Source: an uncultured Spirochaetota bacterium
GTDB lineage: Bacteria > Spirochaetota > Spirochaetia > SZUA-6 > CAVTHK01
Direction: 5' to 3'
DNA length: 64,000 nt
NCBI GenBank assembly: GCA_963734495.1
Contig: CAVTHK010000010.1
Location: 96,001-160,000, forward strand
In this document: in pieces, positions 11,094 through 20,300 of the stretch
Numbering within the stretch: the stretch's first letter is position 1
Layout: each line of letters begins with the position of its first letter
The notes under the pieces: generated by a model
Database searches by the model: none
What the model was told of the DNA's origin: nothing
What the model saw: only the letters and a program-made list of their open reading frames with translations
Translations under genes and position numbers: made by a program

Positions 11094-12773
11094 CTACTTC
11101 CCACCCGAAGACTCCGGCTCTTCTTCCTCGACAACTTCCACGCTCTCTTCGATCAGGCCGCGGATGGCGTGCGCGTTCTCGGGCGTCATCCCCTTGAGCT
11201 TCGCGAGGTCCGCCTCCTCGAGCTCGAGCAGGTCCTCGATGCGATCGAGGCCGTTCGAGCGGAGCACCGCCACCTGGTCGGGCGTGATGCCCGGGAGCTC
11301 GGCGATGCTCGAGATCTCCTCTTCGACCACCTTGACCTGGGCCGCCAGGGGCGCGGGCTGCGCCGGCTGCCCGCCCGGCCCGGCGGGCTCGCCCGGCGCG
11401 CCTGGTTCGCCGGGCTCCGCCCCGGCAGGCTCCGCCGCCGGCGCCGCGGCCTCCGCGGCCGCTTCGGCGCTCTCCTCGTCGACGACTTCGACGTTCTCCT
11501 CGATCGCCTTGCGGATCGCGTTGGCGTCCTCTGCCGAGAGGCCCTCGATTCCCGCGATCTCGCTCTCGCCGAGGGCGACCAGGTCCTCGATCATCTCGAT
11601 CCCGGCCGAGCGCAGGAGCTGGATCTGCCGCTCGGACAGCCCCGGGAGCTCCGCGACCGTGACGATCTCGCGCTCGTCCTCGACCTCGCCGAACAGGGCG
11701 GAAACGGCCCTCTTGGTCTCGGCGCCGAGGTCCATCTCCTGGAACTGCTGATCGTTCTTCACGTCGATGTTCCAGTCGACGAGACGGTTGGCGAGCCGCA
11801 CGTTCAGCCCCTGCTTGCCGATGGCCAGTGAGAACTGGTTCTCGGAGACCACGGCGAGCGCGTGCTTCTTTCCCTCGTCCAGCAGGACGACCTGACTGAC
11901 CTCCGCAGGGCTCAGAGAGTTGCGTATGAACATCCGGGGATCCGGGTCGTACTTGACGATGTCGATCTTCTCGCCCTCGAGCTCGCGCACGATCGCCTGG
12001 ATGCGCACCCCCTTGACGCCGACGCAGGCCCCGACGGGGTCGACGTCGTCGCGGTTGGAATAGACGGCGATCTTGGTCCGGTAGCCGGGCTCGCGCACGA
12101 TCTTGAAGATCTCCACGGTGCGGTCGTAGATCTCGGGCACCTCGAGCTCGAAGATGCGCTTGACGAACTCCGTGTGCGTCCGCGAGAGCACGATCTGAAG
12201 GCCCGAAGGCGTCTTGTTCACCTCGTAGATCAGGGCCTTGATCCGGTCGTTGGCGTGGTAGATCTCGCGCGGGGACTGGAAGCGCTTGGGAAGGATGCCC
12301 TCGGTCTTTCCGAGGTCCACGTAGATGGTGCCGTTGCGCTCGCGCTGGTAGTAGCCGATCACCATCTCCCCGACCTTGTCCTTGAACTCCGAGTACAGCG
12401 TGTCCTTCTGGATCTCGCGGAGGGTCTGCCGCGCCTTCTGCTTCGCGCTCTGCACGGCGATGCGGTCGAACTCCGCCGGGTTCACCTCGATGAGGAGCTC
12501 GTCGCCGATCTCGCACCCCTGGTCGTAGTCGAGCGCGTCCTCGAGGGCGATCTCGGTGACGGGGTCGTAGACCTCGTCGACGATCTTCTTCTGGGAGTAG
12601 ATCGTGACTTCGGTCCCTTCGTCGCTGAACTTGACCACCGCGTTCTCGGAGGTGCCGTACTTTCTCTTGTAGGCCGCGAGCAGCGCTTCCTCTATCGTCT
12701 TGAGCACGAGCTCTTCCGAGATGCCCTTGTCCTGGACGAGCTGCTTGATTGCCTGTGACATCTGCGAAGACAT
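11094..12773 (-). CDS. nusA: Transcription elongation factor NusA with C-terminal acidic repeats
   Basis: FDRIAVQSAKQ, LFE-like IFELEVPEI, IVREPGYRTKIAV, DPVGACVGVKGVRI, SLAIGKQGLNVRLA. Confidence 0.98.
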   Translation of the reverse strand: MSSQMSQAIKQLVQDKGISEELVLKTIEEALLAAYKRKYGTSENAVVKFSDEGTEVTIYSQKKIVDEVYDPVTEIALEDALDYDQGCEIGDELLIEVNPAEFDRIAVQSAKQKARQTLREIQKDTLYSEFKDKVGEMVIGYYQRERNGTIYVDLGKTEGILPKRFQSPREIYHANDRIKALIYEVNKTPSGLQIVLSRTHTEFVKRIFELEVPEIYDRTVEIFKIVREPGYRTKIAVYSNRDDVDPVGACVGVKGVRIQAIVRELEGEKIDIVKYDPDPRMFIRNSLSPAEVSQVVLLDEGKKHALAVVSENQFSLAIGKQGLNVRLANRLVDWNIDVKNDQQFQEMDLGAETKRAVSALFGEVEDEREIVTVAELPGLSERQIQLLRSAGIEMIEDLVALGESEIAGIEGLSAEDANAIRKAIEENVEVVDEESAEAAAEAAAPAAEPAGAEPGEPGAPGEPAGPGGQPAQPAPLAAQVKVVEEEISSIAELPGITPDQVAVLRSNGLDRIEDLLELEEADLAKLKGMTPENAHAIRGLIEESVEVVEEEEPESSGGK

Positions 12774-12776
12774 GCG

Positions 12777-13235
12777 TTACCTTCGGACCTCCAGCGTCTG
12801 GTCGAGCCTGGCCGCTCGAATGTCTGCGAGGTTGACCACCCTCGCGCTCCCATCCTGCTCCAGAGTGAGCAGATCGCCCTCGATCCCGCGGATCGTGCCC
12901 TTCGTCCACTCGGACTGCCCCTGGAGGAGGAGCCGCACGCCGCGGTTGCGGAAGATGGCGTACTCCTCTTTCCTCTTCAGGCGCCTGTCGATCCCGGGCG
13001 ACGAAACCTCCATCGAGAGATCGGCGAGCCCCTCGATCATCTCGAGCCTCGGCCTCACGGTCCGGGAAACCAGCGTGCAGTCCTGCACGCTGATCCCGGG
13101 CTCGCGGTGGATGACCAGCCGGACGTGGGTGAGCCGGCGGCTTCGGTGCAGGGCCAGCTCGACGAGGCTGAAGCCCAGCCCCTCGATCAGCGGCCTGATC
13201 TCCGCCTCGACCACTTTTTCCACGTCGGCGACCAC
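12777..13235 (-). CDS. rimP: Ribosome maturation factor RimP
   Basis: GISVQDCTLVSR, MEVSSPGIDRRLK; immediately upstream of nusA. Confidence 0.95.
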   Translation of the reverse strand: MVADVEKVVEAEIRPLIEGLGFSLVELALHRSRRLTHVRLVIHREPGISVQDCTLVSRTVRPRLEMIEGLADLSMEVSSPGIDRRLKRKEEYAIFRNRGVRLLLQGQSEWTKGTIRGIEGDLLTLEQDGSARVVNLADIRAARLDQTLEVRR

Positions 13236-13263
13236 GGGCCCACCTGCCGTTCTTCCGCAGGCG

Positions 13264-13293
13264 AAAAAAAAGAGTCTCTCTCAGACTCTTTTT
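13264..13293 (-). terminator. Intrinsic terminator inside the rimP-nusA-infB leader (attenuator-like)
   Basis: Minus strand AAAAAGAGTCT-GAGAG-AGACTCTTTTTTTT, located between the promoter and the rimP start. Confidence 0.8.
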
Positions 13294-13323
13294 ACCTGCA
13301 AGCCCAACGGATGTAACAAACCA

Positions 13324-13352
13324 AGCATAACAAGAGCCCGCGCGCGTGTCAA
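13324..13352 (-). promoter_or_regulatory. sigma70-type promoter of the rimP operon
   Basis: TTGACA-N17-TATGCT with a TG extended -10. Confidence 0.8.
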
Positions 13353-13472
13353 CCTTGCCGGGGCGATTCGACGGCGATCGGGCGATCCGCGGCGACCGGG
13401 CGATCGCTGCCGGCGGGTGGCCTGGGGGACGCCGGACCCCGGCGGGTTCCGTGGGCCTCGCTCCGCGCGGCA

Positions 13473-14186
13473 TCAATCGATCGCGAGCGTGACCAGGCGC
13501 ACGCATCGCGCGCCGTGGGCCAGCAGCACCCGCGCGCACTCGTCGGCGGTCGCGCCGGTCGTAAGGACGTCGTCGAGCAGCACGAGGTCGGTCCCGGCGC
13601 GGAAGCCGTTGCCGCGGTAGACGATCCTGCCCCGCATGTTGGCCGAGCGCGCCGCGAAGTCGAGGCCCTTCTGCTCGCCGCCCCCGCGGCGCTCCAGGCA
13701 GCGCACCACCGCCACGCCGTGCCGGCGCGCCAGCGCGCGGCCGATCTCCCCGACGTGCTCCCAGCCCCTGCGCCTGAGCACCCGGCCCCTGCCGGGCACC
13801 GGCACGACGGGCAGCCCGGGCCACGCCTTCTCGAGCGCGGCCGCGATCCACTCTGCAAAGAGACGGCCGAGGCGGCGCCTGCCTTCGAACTTGTAGAGGT
13901 AGAGCAGCTCGCGCACCGCGCCCGCGTAGACGAACAGCGGCCGGGCGCTCTCGAAACAAAAGCTCCTCTCCCGGCAGCGCGTGCAGAGCTCCCGCTCGAA
14001 CATCAGGGCCGCCCCGCAGACCCGGCAGCGCGGGCCTTGTATAGGGCGGATGCCCGCGAGGCAGCCGGCGCAGACGGGGTGCGAAGAGCGAGCAGGGAAC
14101 GCGGCGAGCTCCAGGCCGCAGAGCAGGCAAGACCCGGGGAACAGGAGGTCGAGCACCGCCTCCGCGGCGGCGCCGATGTTTGACAT
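13473..14186 (-). CDS. comF: ComF family amidophosphoribosyltransferase-like protein
   Basis: LDLLFPGSCLLCG double zinc ribbon (CxxC motifs), YKFEG, VVPVP, RRRGW, VLLDDVLTTGATADECARVL. Confidence 0.9.
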   Translation of the reverse strand: MSNIGAAAEAVLDLLFPGSCLLCGLELAAFPARSSHPVCAGCLAGIRPIQGPRCRVCGAALMFERELCTRCRERSFCFESARPLFVYAGAVRELLYLYKFEGRRRLGRLFAEWIAAALEKAWPGLPVVPVPGRGRVLRRRGWEHVGEIGRALARRHGVAVVRCLERRGGGEQKGLDFAARSANMRGRIVYRGNGFRAGTDLVLLDDVLTTGATADECARVLLAHGARCVRLVTLAID

Positions 14187-14253
14187 CGCGATGAGCGTAA
14201 CTTAAGATGGTAAAGGAGTCTACGACGAATCGTCGAGGCAACGGGAGGGGAAG

Positions 14254-14787
14254 ATGAGGATCACACCGGGGGAAACGCCCGATCGCGAGCCGCGGCCGGT
14301 GGCGAGCGGCCGCCCCGAAGCCGCGCGCGCTCCGGGATCGCGCGGCGGGCGACCCGCCGCCGATGTCGCCTCCGAAAGCTTCGTGCCGCGCTCGATCGCG
14401 CGGTCGCAAATGGTAGTGGCGGGGCTCAGGCAGATGCAGGTCGCGCTCGAGCGAGGGGAGAGCATCGACGTCGGTGCGCTCGTCTCGGCGGTGCGCTTCG
14501 ACGGAGAGCCCGTCCTCGCTTCGCGCGAGGGAGAGCTGCAGGAGGTCGCGCGGATGCGCGACGCGGGGCGGCTTGCGCGTCTGGTCGAGAACACGGAGAG
14601 CAACGCGATGGCGCTGCTCGCGAAATCGGGATTCGCGGGCCGTCGGGACCTTCTCGCGGCGGACGGGAGCCCGGCCGAGCTGCGCGCGCTCCTCGACAGG
14701 ACCATCGCGGCGCTCGCCTCCCGCGGCTCGGAGCCATCGAGGCTGCGGCCCGAGCGCGTGATCGAGCTCCTCAAGCCCGCCCCGTGA
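14254..14787 (+). CDS. Hypothetical protein with weak flagellin-like motifs
   Basis: 177-aa ORF filling the gap divergent from comF; purine-rich RBS GGGAGGGGAA; motifs VRFDGEPVL and C-terminal RPERVIELLK. Confidence 0.6.
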   Translation: MRITPGETPDREPRPVASGRPEAARAPGSRGGRPAADVASESFVPRSIARSQMVVAGLRQMQVALERGESIDVGALVSAVRFDGEPVLASREGELQEVARMRDAGRLARLVENTESNAMALLAKSGFAGRRDLLAADGSPAELRALLDRTIAALASRGSEPSRLRPERVIELLKPAP

Positions 14788-15343
14788 GGTTCTCGGGGAG
14801 CCTGACGGCGCCCTGCCTGATGACGCGGTAGGGACTCGCAGTCGCGTCCACGACCGTCGAGGGCGAGGCGTCGACCCTGTCGCCGCCGTCGACCACCAGG
14901 TCCACTTCGCGCTCGAACCGCGACACGATCTCCGCGATGCGCCCGAGCGGCGGGTCGCCCTCCCTGTTGACGCTGGTCGACACCAGGGGAAGGTCGACCG
15001 CCGCGAGCACGTCCCGCAGCCAGGCGTCGGCGGGGACCCTGAGGGCCACGGTGCCTCCCCCGATCGCCGGAAAGACGATCGTCAGCGGGCCGGGCCAGAA
15101 CGGCCGCAGGGCAGGCGGCAGCGCCATCGTCGAGCAGCGGGCGAGCCAGGACTCGCTCGCCACGAGCCGCAGCAGCGGCTTCGACGGGTCCCTTCGCTTG
15201 ATGCGGCTGATGCGCGCCTCCGTCGAAGGCGCGACCCCGACCAGACCGTAGATCGTGTCGCACGGGATCACGGCGACCCCGCCGGCCCGCAGCACGCGGA
15301 CGAGCGAGGCGAAGGTGTCAGCTTCGTCGAGCCGTACTACCAT
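14771..15343 (-). CDS. tsaC: L-threonylcarbamoyladenylate synthase (Sua5/YrdC/TsaC)
   Basis: VAVIPCDTIYGL, IKRR..SKPL, FWPGPLTIV, TVALRVP, PLVSTSVN, PSTVVD. Confidence 0.93.
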   Translation of the reverse strand: MVVRLDEADTFASLVRVLRAGGVAVIPCDTIYGLVGVAPSTEARISRIKRRDPSKPLLRLVASESWLARCSTMALPPALRPFWPGPLTIVFPAIGGGTVALRVPADAWLRDVLAAVDLPLVSTSVNREGDPPLGRIAEIVSRFEREVDLVVDGGDRVDASPSTVVDATASPYRVIRQGAVRLPENLTGRA

Positions 15344-15776
15344 GGGCGATCAGCCGGCCCGCGAGGCGCAGCAGCGCGTAGGCGGCGATCGGAAAGACGA
15401 GGAGCGCGAGCCGGAGCGTCCCTTCGCGGCCCGGGGCCATTTCCGCGGCCGTCACGAGCTGGCCGATGGTCCTGCTTTCTCCCCGCTCCGGCAGGCCCTC
15501 GAGCGCGACCCTGTGCTCTCCCGGCCTGTAGTACCCCAGGTCGCGCGCCAGCAGGACGACGGTCTCGGGATCGGACGAGAGGCTCCGCAGCTCCTCCGTC
15601 AGCTCTTTGTTGATGCGCTCGAGCGCCGCGAGGTTCTCTTCGAGCGCGCGCTCGCGCCGCTGCAGATCGACGCGCTCCCGCACCCCGAGCGGGCCAAAGA
15701 CCGTCGTATAGGCTATGGAAAGGACGAGTCCCAGGTAAATGCAGAGCACGGGCCGCAGCAGCCTCATCGTTTCCAT
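15318..15776 (-). CDS. Septum formation initiator (FtsB/DivIC family) with an extra C-terminal hydrophobic helix
   Basis: N-terminal TM, FGPLG, a coiled coil and DPETVVLLARDLGYYRPGE. Confidence 0.75.
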   Translation of the reverse strand: METMRLLRPVLCIYLGLVLSIAYTTVFGPLGVRERVDLQRRERALEENLAALERINKELTEELRSLSSDPETVVLLARDLGYYRPGEHRVALEGLPERGESRTIGQLVTAAEMAPGREGTLRLALLVFPIAAYALLRLAGRLIAHGSTARRS

Positions 15777-15827
15777 TAACGGACAGCCCGCAAAACGACT
15801 TGACGCTCTCGAAAAACTCCATCGTTG

Positions 15828-15889
15828 TTGACACGCCCCGGAGGCGGGTTTAAAGTAATCGATAAAGTGGCTCGAAGTGTAACCGATAA
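15828..15889 (+). promoter_or_regulatory. Tandem sigma70- and sigma28-type promoters
   Basis: TTGACA (15828)-N17-TAAAGT (15851); TAAA (15863)-N15-ACCGATAA (15882-15889). Confidence 0.65.
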
Positions 15890-15929
15890 TTAGGATGTCC
15901 TAAAGCCACTTCCGCGCGAGGAGCACGCG

Positions 15930-17678
15930 ATGGCGGTCGATCAAGACAAAGAGCTGGACCTCGAGGATCTGGATCTCGATCTCGAGGAGGCGGGCTCCGA
16001 GCAGTCGCGCGGCCGGGTCCTCTCGGAGGACGACCTCGAGCAGTACGGAGTCTGGATCAAGGTCAAGCCTCACACGGTCGACGAGGGAGCGGCGAGGGCA
16101 GAGCAGGAACCTCGGCTCGAGAGCCTCGAGCAGCAGGCCGCGTCGAGCCAGGACACCGCACTCACCGAGGAAGAGGAAGAGCTCCTCGGGAGCCTCGAAG
16201 AGAGAAGCTTCGCCGAGCCGGTCGAAGTCGACGAGGTGAGCGAGCTTTCCCTTCCTGCCGAGGAGGAGCTGGGCGCGCTCGAGCCCGAGGGCGAGCAGGT
16301 CGATCTGCCGCTCTCCGAAGAGCCCGCGCGCGGAGAGCGCTTCGCAGAGCTCTCGTCGCTGGAAGAGGAGCTCAACGCGGGGAAACCCGCGGGCGCCGCG
16401 GGAGCGGTCCCCCGCAGCCAGGTCCTGGCGAAAATTGAAGAAGAGCTCGCGGCCATCCGGGGCGAGCTCGCCGCTCTCAAGGGCGAGCTGGTGAGCCTTC
16501 GGAAGCCCGGAGGCGGAGGCGCGGCAAAACCCGCCGAGGGCGAGAGGGAAGCCGGCTTCTTCGCCGACGACAGCGACGAGACGATCGCGCTCACCGGGGA
16601 CGAGCTCGACAACATCCTGAACACCGCCGAGATCACCGAGGAGGAAGCGACCGAGACGGCCGCCGGCGAGGAGCTCGCGGATCTGGCGGTTCCGGCCGAG
16701 CCGGAGGCCGGAGGCGAAGAGATCTCGCTGGAGCCGGTCGCGGAAGCCCTGGCCGGGGAGGCGGCGGCTGTCGAAGCCATCCCGCTCGACGAGCCAATCG
16801 AGGAGGCGCTCGAGGAGGCGCCTGCCTTTGACACGCAGGCGATCTCGCTCGAGATTCCCGAGGAAGAGCCGTCACTCGCCGAGAGCGTCGACCTCGAGCT
16901 GCCGGACATCGAAGAGATCGGGCTCGACGCCCTCGAGGAGAAGCCCGAGGCGCTCGAAGAGGCCGCGGCCGAGCCCATCGAGGACCTCGAGATCGAGCTC
17001 ACCGACGAAGCCGCGCAGGAAGGCCAGAAAGGCGCCCCGATCGCCGAGGCGGTCGGGGAAGCCGCCCTCGAAGAAGAGGCCCTCGAGCTTCCCGCGCTTG
17101 AGGAGGAGCTGGAACCCTCAGGCGAGGAAGAGCTCGTGCTCGACGTACCCGAGGAAGTGAGCGCGGATCTCGAGCCGCTCGAGGCTGTGGAGGCCGAGGC
17201 AGCGGAGCCCGGGACCGCGGAAGCGCTCGAAGAGGAGATTTCGCTCGAGCTCCCGGAGCTGGGGGTCCCCGTCGAGGAGGCGGCCGCCGCGCCCGAGGAC
17301 CTCTCGCTCGAGATTCCGGAAGAGGAGATCGCGGAGGCCGCCGGGATGGCAGCCGGCGCCCCTTCGGCGGTCGAAGCTGCCGAGAGCGTCGAGCCCCTGG
17401 AGGAGATCGAGGAGATCGAGGAGATCGAGGCCGCCGAGGAGCGTCCGGAGCCCGCGACCAGGGCCGCCGCGGCGGCGCAGGCCGTCGGCCCCGCCAGGCA
17501 GGCGCCCGCTGGCGCGCATGGCGCGATCCCGAGCGGGCTGCGGGACGAGATCAGGACCGTCCTCAAGTACATGGATCAGCTTCTCGAGGCGCTTCCGGAC
17601 GACAAGATCAAAGAGTTCGCGGACAGCGAGTATTTCGAAGTCTACAAGCGTCTCTTCGACGAGCTCGAGATCGCCTGA
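15930..17678 (+). CDS. Highly acidic hypothetical protein (582 aa)
   Basis: GAGGAG SD; Glu-rich low-complexity body with islands DLEQYGVWIK, a coiled coil, GFFADDSDETIALTGDELDNIL and a C-terminal helical block. Confidence 0.85.
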   Translation: MAVDQDKELDLEDLDLDLEEAGSEQSRGRVLSEDDLEQYGVWIKVKPHTVDEGAARAEQEPRLESLEQQAASSQDTALTEEEEELLGSLEERSFAEPVEVDEVSELSLPAEEELGALEPEGEQVDLPLSEEPARGERFAELSSLEEELNAGKPAGAAGAVPRSQVLAKIEEELAAIRGELAALKGELVSLRKPGGGGAAKPAEGEREAGFFADDSDETIALTGDELDNILNTAEITEEEATETAAGEELADLAVPAEPEAGGEEISLEPVAEALAGEAAAVEAIPLDEPIEEALEEAPAFDTQAISLEIPEEEPSLAESVDLELPDIEEIGLDALEEKPEALEEAAAEPIEDLEIELTDEAAQEGQKGAPIAEAVGEAALEEEALELPALEEELEPSGEEELVLDVPEEVSADLEPLEAVEAEAAEPGTAEALEEEISLELPELGVPVEEAAAAPEDLSLEIPEEEIAEAAGMAAGAPSAVEAAESVEPLEEIEEIEEIEAAEERPEPATRAAAAAQAVGPARQAPAGAHGAIPSGLRDEIRTVLKYMDQLLEALPDDKIKEFADSEYFEVYKRLFDELEIA

Positions 17679-17694
17679 TATAAGTCGTCCCGGC

Positions 17695-18732
17695 ATGGGT
17701 CTCTACGACAAGGTCAAGGCGACGAAGAAAGAACCCCCGACCGGCGGCGGCCTTCTCCAGAGGAGCCTGAGGACGCGCGCGGGCGGCCCCGTGCCGCCCG
17801 CGGCTGCGCCGTCGGTCCAGCGCGCGTCGCCGGCTCCCGCCGCGCCCGCCCGCCCCCGACCCGCGGCAGCCCCCGCGCCTGCAGCGCCCGCACGCGCCGC
17901 CGCGAGCGGCCGGACTGCAGAGGCGGCGCGACACGCGCCCGCGCCGCAGCAGACTGCCGCGGAGGCGCTCGCATCCGCCGTCGCGCGGCTCGAGGCTGGA
18001 ATCGACGCCCCGCCGCTGCTCTTCGAGCTCCTGGTGCACGCGCTGAAGCTCGAGAGAGCCACCTTGTACCTCGCGGACTACGCGCGCGGCGCGTTCGTCC
18101 CCTGCGCGTCCCGAGGGCCGCAGACGCGCTCGGTCAAGCCGGTGAACGAGCGCGTCGAGAGTCTCTTCGACTCCGACGAAGTGCGCCGCCTGAGCCCCCA
18201 GACCGCCGGGATTCTCGGCGAGCCGGCCGCCGGGGCAGAGCTCAGGTTCAGGTCGTACCGCAGCGGCGACAACCCCGTCGGCCTGCTGGTGTTCGCCCCG
18301 CCCGCCGCGCCCGTCGACCACGAGTTTCTCGCTGCCGCCCTGGGCCATCCCGAGATCGTGTCCCTCCTGCTCGCGTCCAGCGAGCAGCTGGGCGAGTTCC
18401 CGCCCGTGAATCTCGGCAGCCTCGTGGGAGTCCGACCCGCCGGGCAGAGCATGCTGCTCTCCATCTCGTACCGGGACATCGCGGCGGCCCTCAAAGCGCG
18501 GGCGCCGTCGGTGGACGCCGCCTGGTTTGCCGACGCGCTCCAGCGGATGGTCGCGCGCCTGGTCGGCCCTCTCGGAAGAGTCGGAGACCTCGAGGGCGTC
18601 CCGGTCGCCGTCCTGACGGAGCGCACGATCGACGCGGAGATCCTCACGCACCAGTCCTCCCTGCTCCTCGGCCGCTACCTGCGCTCGCTGCGGCCGCTGC
18701 CCGCTCTCGTCGTCACCCAGTCCGCCGGATGA
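17695..18732 (+). CDS. Hypothetical protein (Pro/Ala linker followed by a possible GAF-like domain)
   Basis: MGLYDKVK...GGGLLQRS; LKLERATLYL...FVPCASRG...PVGLLVF; stop overlaps the next start (ATGA). Confidence 0.7.
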   Translation: MGLYDKVKATKKEPPTGGGLLQRSLRTRAGGPVPPAAAPSVQRASPAPAAPARPRPAAAPAPAAPARAAASGRTAEAARHAPAPQQTAAEALASAVARLEAGIDAPPLLFELLVHALKLERATLYLADYARGAFVPCASRGPQTRSVKPVNERVESLFDSDEVRRLSPQTAGILGEPAAGAELRFRSYRSGDNPVGLLVFAPPAAPVDHEFLAAALGHPEIVSLLLASSEQLGEFPPVNLGSLVGVRPAGQSMLLSISYRDIAAALKARAPSVDAAWFADALQRMVARLVGPLGRVGDLEGVPVAVLTERTIDAEILTHQSSLLLGRYLRSLRPLPALVVTQSAG

Positions 18733-20300
18733 TGCTCGAGCGCGGCACAAGTCGTTCCGGACAACCCATCCTCCTCTGGCGCGGCAAGCCGCTCCATTCC
18801 ACCTACGATCCCGTGAGCGAAGCCCGGCGCTTCGCGCGCACCGTCGTCGAGGGCCTGCCGGCTTCGCCCGTGATCGTGATCGTCGGAGCAGCGCTCGGCT
18901 ACCTTGAAGCCGCCGTTTCCGCCGAGCTGCCGGGGGCCCGCCTCCTGCGGGTCATGCTGGACCCGGCGATCGCCGGCCTGGAGTCCGAGCCGCCGGCGGC
19001 CCCCGGATGGCATCCAGGCCTGGGCGGCAGCCTGGGGGCCTTTCTCGGCAAGTCGCTCGACGAATCCGACGTGGCCGGGCTCCGGGTCATCGAGTGGGCC
19101 CCGTGCGCGGCGGCCTGGCCGGAGCAGGCGGCGCTCGCGCGGCGCGAGATCCGCGATTTCGTTCAGAGCCTGCGGGCGAGCTACGCCACCACCGCCTCGT
19201 TCGGGCCGCTCTGGCTGCGCAACACGCTCGCCAACTTCGTCGGGCTGACTCGGATCGGCAGGTTTGCGGAGCCCCGCGGGGCCGTCTGCATCGCCGCGTC
19301 GGGGCCTTCGCTCGCCGAAGCCGTTCCCGCGATCGCGCGCTGCCGCGACCGCATGGAGCTGTGGGCGCTGCCTTCGGCGGTCCGCGCCCTTCTCGCCGCC
19401 GGGCTTCGGCCCGACCTCGTGGTGCTCACGGACGCCGGCCTCTACGCTCTTCAGCACCTGAGCGAGCTCTGTGCTCTCCCGGTCCCAATGCCGGTCGCGA
19501 TGCCGCTCGCGGCTGCGCGCGGGTCCTGGCGGCTCTCCGGCAGCGTCCTGCTTTTCGCCCAGCCCTTTCTCTTCGAGAAGGAGCTCGCCGCGCTCCTCGC
19601 TCCCTGGCCGCTGCCCGTGATCCCCCCGCAGGGCACCGTGGCCGCCAGCGCCCTGCAGCTGGCGGTGGCCGTGGGGCACAGGATCATCGTGTTCGCGGGT
19701 CTCGACTTCTGCTTTCGCGACGTGCTCTCGCACGCGCGGCCCAGCCTTTTCGAGATCTACCACTCGGTCCGTTCCGGCAGGATGACGCCGTTCGACGGCG
19801 CGCTCTTCGCCCAGGCCGCGGATGCGCAGGGCGACCGCCGCGCGCGCACGACCCCGGCGCTCGAGGCGTACGCGCGCTGGTTCGCCGCGGCCGCGCTGCC
19901 CGCCGGCGTCAAGGCCGTGCGCCTCGCTCCGAGCCGCGTCCCGCTGCCGTCCCTCGCTCCGCTGGAGCCGCGCGAGCTGCCGGATCTGCTGCCGGCGCCC
20001 GCAGCCGCGGCTCACCCGCCCTCGCCCGTCGCGCCGCCGCCAGGGCGCGCCGCGGTCGCCGCCGCGGCGGTCGGCCGGTGGATGCGCGAGCTCGACGAGG
20101 TCCGGGGCGAGTCCCCTTCGCGCTGGCCGCCGCTGCCGAGGGAGCTCTGCTTCTTCCTCGATCTGCCCGGCTACGCGCAGGCCAGGAGCCGCGGCGGCGC
20201 CGCGGACGAAGCGGTCGCTTCGGCCCTTTCCCGGCTCGCGAGCCTGCGCTCCAGGCTCGAACCGGCTTCGATCCGCGGGGAGGACGCCGGTGAGCGGTGA
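18729..20300 (+). CDS. Maf/DUF115 (MptE-like, motility-associated factor) family protein
   Basis: LHSTYDP.SEA.RF, IVGAALGYL, FGPLWLRNTLAN, IAASGPSL, PDLVVLTDAG, GTVA, GLDFCF. Confidence 0.85.
   Translation: MMLERGTSRSGQPILLWRGKPLHSTYDPVSEARRFARTVVEGLPASPVIVIVGAALGYLEAAVSAELPGARLLRVMLDPAIAGLESEPPAAPGWHPGLGGSLGAFLGKSLDESDVAGLRVIEWAPCAAAWPEQAALARREIRDFVQSLRASYATTASFGPLWLRNTLANFVGLTRIGRFAEPRGAVCIAASGPSLAEAVPAIARCRDRMELWALPSAVRALLAAGLRPDLVVLTDAGLYALQHLSELCALPVPMPVAMPLAAARGSWRLSGSVLLFAQPFLFEKELAALLAPWPLPVIPPQGTVAASALQLAVAVGHRIIVFAGLDFCFRDVLSHARPSLFEIYHSVRSGRMTPFDGALFAQAADAQGDRRARTTPALEAYARWFAAAALPAGVKAVRLAPSRVPLPSLAPLEPRELPDLLPAPAAAAHPPSPVAPPPGRAAVAAAAVGRWMRELDEVRGESPSRWPPLPRELCFFLDLPGYAQARSRGGAADEAVASALSRLASLRSRLEPASIRGEDAGER

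Noticed and set aside
15776-15803. Possible sigma28-like TCAA-N16-TCCGTTAA upstream of the ftsB-like gene
   Set aside because: Too many mismatches to the consensus to support.
17400-17429. GAGGAGATC tandem repeat, plus Pro/Ala/Gly repeats in infB, nusA and the LysM linker
   Set aside because: In-frame low-complexity coding sequence, not a CRISPR array or a non-coding repeat.
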